A stretch of 53,390 nt of DNA, filler included, from Jimgerdemannia flammicorona (taxonomy: Eukaryota): NCBI GenBank assembly GCA_003990765.1. It is 3 parts of 3 records of this genome, joined end to end, with 100 filler letters (N's around TTAATTAATTAA, not from the genome) between each part and the next. Parts side by side here need not be neighbours in the genome. Positions count along the whole stretch, not along the records: positions 35,664 to 53,390 come from RBNJ01002436.1; 2 more parts are not named here. One strand, 5' to 3'. Position 1 is the stretch's first letter; each line of letters opens with the position of its first letter. Positions 47,811 to 53,390 of this stretch are shown here, piece after piece. The notes under the pieces were generated by a model, which saw nothing but the letters and a program-made list of their open reading frames with translations, made no database searches and had not been told where the DNA came from. The position numbers and the translations under genes were made by a program.

Positions 47811-49724
47811 ATGGATGGCAACAATCGAACTAATGAGTGTACTGGCCAGAGGGGTGACAGCACCTTTGGCTGGCAGCAGGTGGGGAGGAGGGGAGATAGT
47901 TTGGGGATACTAGGGGTCTTGATGGCTAGCTGAGGTCCTGGTGGTAGAGGGAGGGGCAGGCTAAGGCAGCGAGAAGGGGAGCGGTTGACCTTTGCTGACA
48001 AGGTCAGAATGGGAAAGATGGCCTCAGGCCTTAATAGTTGGCTAGGCCTAGGGATGGCATCGATGGCTGCTGCTAGGGGACAGGGAGGTGTACCCAGGGG
48101 AGTCTCAGATAGCAGAGGAGGAGCGGGAGTAGGGACTGGAGATGTGACTGCTGATGGGGCTGTGACTGGAGATCTGGCAAAAAATCCAGATGTGATAGCA
48201 GTTGGCATTTCAGAACTGAGAGTGGGCATGAGGCCTGGGGACCTGGCAGATAGGGTGATGGGCATGGTGTTGGCCCTGTTACTCAAGAAGTCAAGATCAG
48301 AATTCGTGGTCACAATGTGCTTCCGGGGCTTGGCGGTGACAGCGAGGATAATTTTGGGGCTGGTGGTGCAGGAGACTAAGAGAGCAGCATCAGTGAAGTT
48401 TTTTAGAGTGAAGGAAGGGGTTGAGGTGGGGTTTGAGGAGAAGGATGCCTTGTTGGCAGCCATAGAGAAGAGGGTGATGGTTGGCGGGGTTGTGGTCCCT
48501 ATGGCCCAGTGCATGCGCTGGGACCCCCGAGTAGTGCAGTTGACAGTGTTGGATCTCCCTACTGTGTCAAAGGAGAGGACCAGGGAGTTGGTTGTGGTGG
48601 TGATCAAGGAGTATGGTGAGATTGTTGATATTGGGTTCAAGGTCTGGGAGGGCACGGAGCTTCGAACTGGTGATGTAGATGTCAGGGTGAGGCTGGCCAG
48701 GAAGGAGAATACAGGGAAGTCGAGGGACTGGCCAGCAATGCTGAGGTGGAGACCAGTGGAGTGTAAGGTCACAAGGGTGAAGGGGACCCCAGAGGAGGAG
48801 GAGGACCTGTTGGAGGCTCTGGAGGATCTGGAAGGGGTGGTTGCAAGGAGAAGATTGGCCTGGAAGGAGTTTGAGGCAAGGATGGTGGTGGGGGAGGTGG
48901 ATGGGAAGAGGGTCTGGATGGAGAAGGGGGCCTGGGAGAAGATGCAGGAGAGGAGGATCCAGAAGGAGCTGTTGGCGAAGTTGGTTGGAGATAGAGCCAG
49001 TGGAAGCTCAGGGGAGGGAGTTGCAGGGTTGCAGGAGAGCGCCTGGGCTGAGGGGGGAGAGATGGCCCAGGGTGGAGCTCGGATTGGAGTGGGGGAGGAG
49101 AGGGAGGGCAATTTGGAGGCAGATGCAGAAATGGGTAAGGGTGTGCACCCTCAGTATAGTGTTCCAGATAGAGCAGAGGGGGAGGAGGAGCTGCTGGATG
49201 TGCCAGATGAGGAGTGGGATGAGTCAGTGAGGAGGAGCGCACTGGTGGACCCCGAGGTGGATGGGGGATGAATCGCTCAGGGTATAGTAGAGGTGGTGGA
49301 TGAGAAGTGGATGTGGAAGACCCTGGAAGGGGTAGCAGCTGAAGAGCTGGGGGGTGAGGACTTCAGGGTGATGGAGGAGAGGCATTGGGAGGAGATTCTA
49401 CAGGGGGAGGAGGTGTCGAGAAAGATGAGGAATGAGATCCTAGCTGTCCTCCTGGAGATGGTGGAATATCAAGTTGATGATCAGCAGGAGGAGGAACTTA
49501 GGAAGATTGCGAGTGACAGGGCACTTTTCTTGTGGAACTCGAGGAAGGGACTGGTGAAGTGGTGTGCAGTCTGCTTGGACTACTGGGCAGATATAGAGGA
49601 AGTGGACAGGGTGGAATGTCAGAAAATCTTGGGGGCACTGGATGATCAGGCTAATGTGGAGGGTGACTTGGAAGCTGAATGGTGCTTGGATCTGGTGGGG
49701 GATGAGATGAGCATGGATTTCTAG
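47811..49724 (+). pseudogene. LINE ORF1 (interrupted by stops)
   Basis: Homologous to 6979-9003 (TFADKVR, KNPDV, WDPRVVQL, VDIGFKVWEGTELRTGD). Confidence 0.85.
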
Positions 49725-49755
49725 GTTGGGGTCTCTGTTGCAATATTTCTTCAAT

Positions 49756-52700
49756 ATGAACAGTATAACTAGGATATTCTCATTGAATGTTAATGGGTTA
49801 TGGGGGGTGGCTAGGAGGAAGTATATATTTGGTTGACTTAAGGGACTGGATGTGGACCTCTTCTTGTTACAGGATGTTTGTTATGAGGCAGATGTGGACT
49901 TATAGGATTAGATTAAGGAATGGGGGAGCACAGCAGTTTGGAGGGGGAAAGTATGTATTCTCATTCAGAAAGGGATGGGGGACATTGGGGACATTGGACA
50001 TTAGGAGTCTCGGGTGGTGTGGGGAGTGTAGAAGAGGCCTGGATGGGGCTCACTGATGGTTGGGTCTTGTTACTGTCCAGCTGAGAGAGGGGAGAGGATG
50101 GAATGGATTTGTAGATTGAACGAGACTGGCATACTGGGAGAAGTTGGGCTAGACTGTATGGGGGGTGACTTCAATATGGTTTGAGATAAGGAGATGAACA
50201 GAACTGATGGAGGGAGAGGCATGTGGGGTGAAAGTGGGGGGTTGGGTGACTGGTTGGAGATGGAGCGGTTGTGTTCTCTAGTGGACTCGGGGAGACATTT
50301 TTGGGCTGATTGGCAGGTATACACCCACTGGGCAGCAGAGCTGGCTCCAGGATTGACTGGGTTCTATCAGCAGAGTGTTGGAGAGCAGATGTCTAGTCGG
50401 TGTTAGAAATAGTATGGTATCCGTGGTCTGATTACTGGGGGCTGCTTGGAGGGGGGAAGTTTGGGGGAAATAAGGATGGGCCTGAACATTGGTGGCTAAA
50501 CTCTTCCTTATTGGAGGATAGGGTGTTGTGGGAGGGTTGGGAAAAGGAGGTGGTTGGAAATATCAGCAGGTGGTGGGAATAAGGACTGGAGATTGGAGAC
50601 TGCTGGAGAAGACTGAAGGTAAATGCTCAGAGTTATTGGAGAGAAGCAGGGAAAGGAAAGTGTACCCAGTGAAGGTGGCGGGTGCTGTGGGCCTCGTGGC
50701 ATCTAGCAGCGCTCATGGAGAGATGGGTAGGTGCACTGGAGGATGGGGACAGGACTGACTGGCATATTGTGAGAATCTGGCAAGAGGTAGAGGAGCTTAA
50801 AGAGGTGTTACAAAGAGAGGAGGAGGTGCAATTGCAGGGAATGGTGGCCCGACTGCAGTGGCAGGGGCTTGAGGAGGGGGAGAGGCCTACTAGGTTCTTG
50901 TCACAGTTGTTACAGGCACAATGAACAAGGCAGTGGTGGGAGGGAGTTTTGGACATGAATGGTGAGCTGGTGGTGAGGACTCCAGCAATTCTGAGCCTTT
51001 TGAGAACCCAGTGGAGGAATCTTTAGAGTGAGGAGGAAGGGGGATTGGATGCTCTGGACATTGAAAGGCAGCTGGGGGATTGACACCCAGACCCTACAAT
51101 GGGACTTGGGGCACTGGGGGACCTGGTGAGTGGCAAGGAAATTTGCAGGGCTGTGGCCTCAACAAGTAAGGGGACAGCCTCGGGAGAGGATGGACTTCCC
51201 TGGAATTTTTGGCAGAAGATGACTGGGGTGGGTGAGGTGCTGGAGGAAATGACTGCTATGTGTGATGGAGTTCTTTGGTCTGGTGCTTGGATTGGGGAAC
51301 AGCGTTTAGGGCTAGTCTCCTTGTTCTATAAGAACAAGGGTAGAAGAGAGGACTGAAAGAACTGGCAGCCAATTATGCTTCTCGACATAGACTGCAAACT
51401 GGTGACAAAAATCTTAGTGATGAGGCTGTAAGGAATCGCTCAGCAGGTGCTAGATGTGGAGCAATGTGGGTTTGTCAGCAGTCAGTTGATTCGAGATGGG
51501 ACAGCCTGAGTTCATGGAGTTATTGAAGGTGCCCAGATGACAGGGGTGGATGGCAGATTAGTGTTTCTGGACCAAGAGAAGGCTTATAATAGAGTACAGA
51601 GAATATGGCTAGAGGGAGTACTGAAATAGATTAGTATCCCCCTGGGGTTCTGAGGATCATTGATCAGCCTTTTGGAGGACAGTCAGGTGGCATTGGTCAT
51701 CAATGGCCACAGGGGGGTGATCTTTCCCCTGGGATGTGGGGTACCACAAGGGGACCCCTTGTCATCCATATTGTATGCCCTTTCCCTGGAGCCACTACTG
51801 GACAGAATTCGGTATTGGATTGGAGGTTTGGACATTTTGGGGGTTAACTGAAAGGTGGGGGCCTTTGCTGATGACATGGTGGTAGGGCTGGGCTCCTTGG
51901 TGGATGTGGGGGAGTTACAGAGGACTGTGGAATAGTATGAGAGGGGTTCTGGTGCTAAACTAAACTGGCACAAATGCGAGATGCTGGTACTGGGCACTGG
52001 AATTGTTGGTGGTAATATCATTGGGACAGTGGTACCAGCTGGTGAACCAGTGCATTACTTGGAGATCTACTTTTTGGTGTTCAGATCTCTTCTTCTCTGG
52101 GCATAGTGGGACCATAAACTTCTAGAGTGAGGTAATGTTTTGCTGTGATAGGGAGGCTGGCATATGTCCCTAGCCAGAAGGGTGTTGGTGTTGAATATGT
52201 ACTGGATGCTGAAGCTGTGGTATGTTGGATATCATTTGGATTTCCCAACCTGGGTGGTCAAGAGGTTGTTGAAGATGGCGAGATCATGGATCTGGGGAGG
52301 GCGGTGAAGCCAGATTGGTTGGGAGGTACTCACACTACCCTTGGAAAGAGGTAGGCTGGGCTTAGTGGACTTTACTAAGTAGTTTCGATGTCTGAGAGCC
52401 TGGTAGCTGTGAAGGGTGAGTGAGCTTAGGGGTCGGGAGTGGGTGCCACTCATGCAGAGGTTGTGGGAGGTTTGGTACTCCCCACACAGTGGCTCTGGTA
52501 ACCTGCTTGTGATGGTGGCCATGGAGGGGAGTAGGAGGATGTGGTTTATGGGCTTCTAGTAGGGGGTGGTGGATAGTGCTAAGAAGATTGGACTTCAGTG
52601 GCAAGGTGATGAAGCCAAGGAGGTGTGGGGACTGCAGATGTGGCGGTGGGATAGACTTCTACTGAGTGGTGTTCTGGTGGAGAACTTTCAGCTTGGCAAG

Positions 52701-53390
52701 GGTCTAGAGTATCTGCGAGGCCTAGGTGGAGACCTGTGGCCAGAAGCCTGGCAGAGGGTTGGAATTGGTGAAGAGTGGGATTGGAATGGACTCTGGCTTT
52801 AGAGCAAATGAGTGAGGCAGTGGCTGCCCCCCAGGTTCTGGGTAGTGTGGTGGCAGGTCCTATGGCAGAATGTGATGTTGAACTATCAGTCTGGATACTT
52901 GGTGGACAGTGGGGTATTCGAGTGTGAGGATTGTTTCAACATTGGTCAGGAGGGAGGAGTGGTACAAATGCCTGAACATTGGCTTGGCGAATGTGAGGTT
53001 TTGGAGGAGTTTTGGAGATATATTAGGGACTGAGTAGGGCTGGGTGCCTTGGAGGAAGAGAGAGGGGGGAGATGGGGTGAGCTTTGCCAGTGACTGGTGG
53101 GTGGGGTTGGGGACGAATGGCTGACCCTTGGTTGGGCTTTGGCTATGTGGGTTGGGTTGGCTGGGTATTGGGTTTATGTCTTTGAGAAAGGGCATCAGGT
53201 CGGGGTTGATGACAAGGTGGCCCATTGGGAATGGTTGTTATTGGACATTTTGAATAGTTGGTGGTGAGGTTGGGGGATGGGTGGGGGGAACTGCAGGGAT
53301 TTGGTGCAGTGTATCTCCTAGAAGAGTGGTGGGAGGATTCGAGTTATGGGTGACTGAGTGGTGCTTGGATGGAAAGAGATTAAGGGGGGG
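49756..53390 (+). pseudogene. LINE ORF2 (APE, RT, Zn finger), disrupted
   Basis: SLNVNGL, GGDFN, WWLNSSLL and RT motifs as in copy 1; multiple stops and frameshifts. Confidence 0.92.

Larger units (their letters stand above)
47722..53390 (+). mobile_element. L1/Tx1-type LINE copy 3, 5'-complete, runs off the window end
   Basis: 5' UTR similar to copy 1. ORF1 ATG 47811, ORF2 ATG 49756. DQEKAYNRV, GVPQGDPLS, AFADD and CEDC...HWLGEC motifs. Confidence 0.95.

Noticed and set aside
47735..49111. 458-aa minus-strand ORF as an antisense gene
   Set aside because: Ser/Pro/Thr-rich shadow of ORF1; the equivalent frame in copy 1 is broken.

Overview
Eukaryotic, transposon-rich DNA, most likely from a fungus (short GT-AG introns, AT-rich intergenic DNA, chromodomain gypsy; an early-diverging lineage is only my inference). 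Three contigs are joined by artificial 100-bp N/TTAATTAATTAA spacers (17734-17833, 35564-35663). Contig 1 holds tandem-repeat arrays, a decayed multi-exon HECT E3 ligase gene split by a full-length L1/Tx1-type LINE with a 15-bp TSD, a second truncated LINE, and a gypsy gag-protease fragment. Contig 2 holds a ~2.3-kb diverged inverted duplication with a possible TCP11-like pseudogene, a diverged direct duplication, a collapsed MOT1/BTAF1 fragment and one intact MIR-domain ORF. Contig 3 holds a complete but mutated 10.5-kb chromodomain Ty3/gypsy element and a third LINE. The gypsy element is the most unusual object: its ~2-kb LTRs each carry a 365-codon sense ORF in U3, and it has a five-motif dUTPase between the Gag zinc knuckle and the protease, a layout reminiscent of betaretroviruses such as MMTV. 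All family calls are by eye from motifs; no searches were run.
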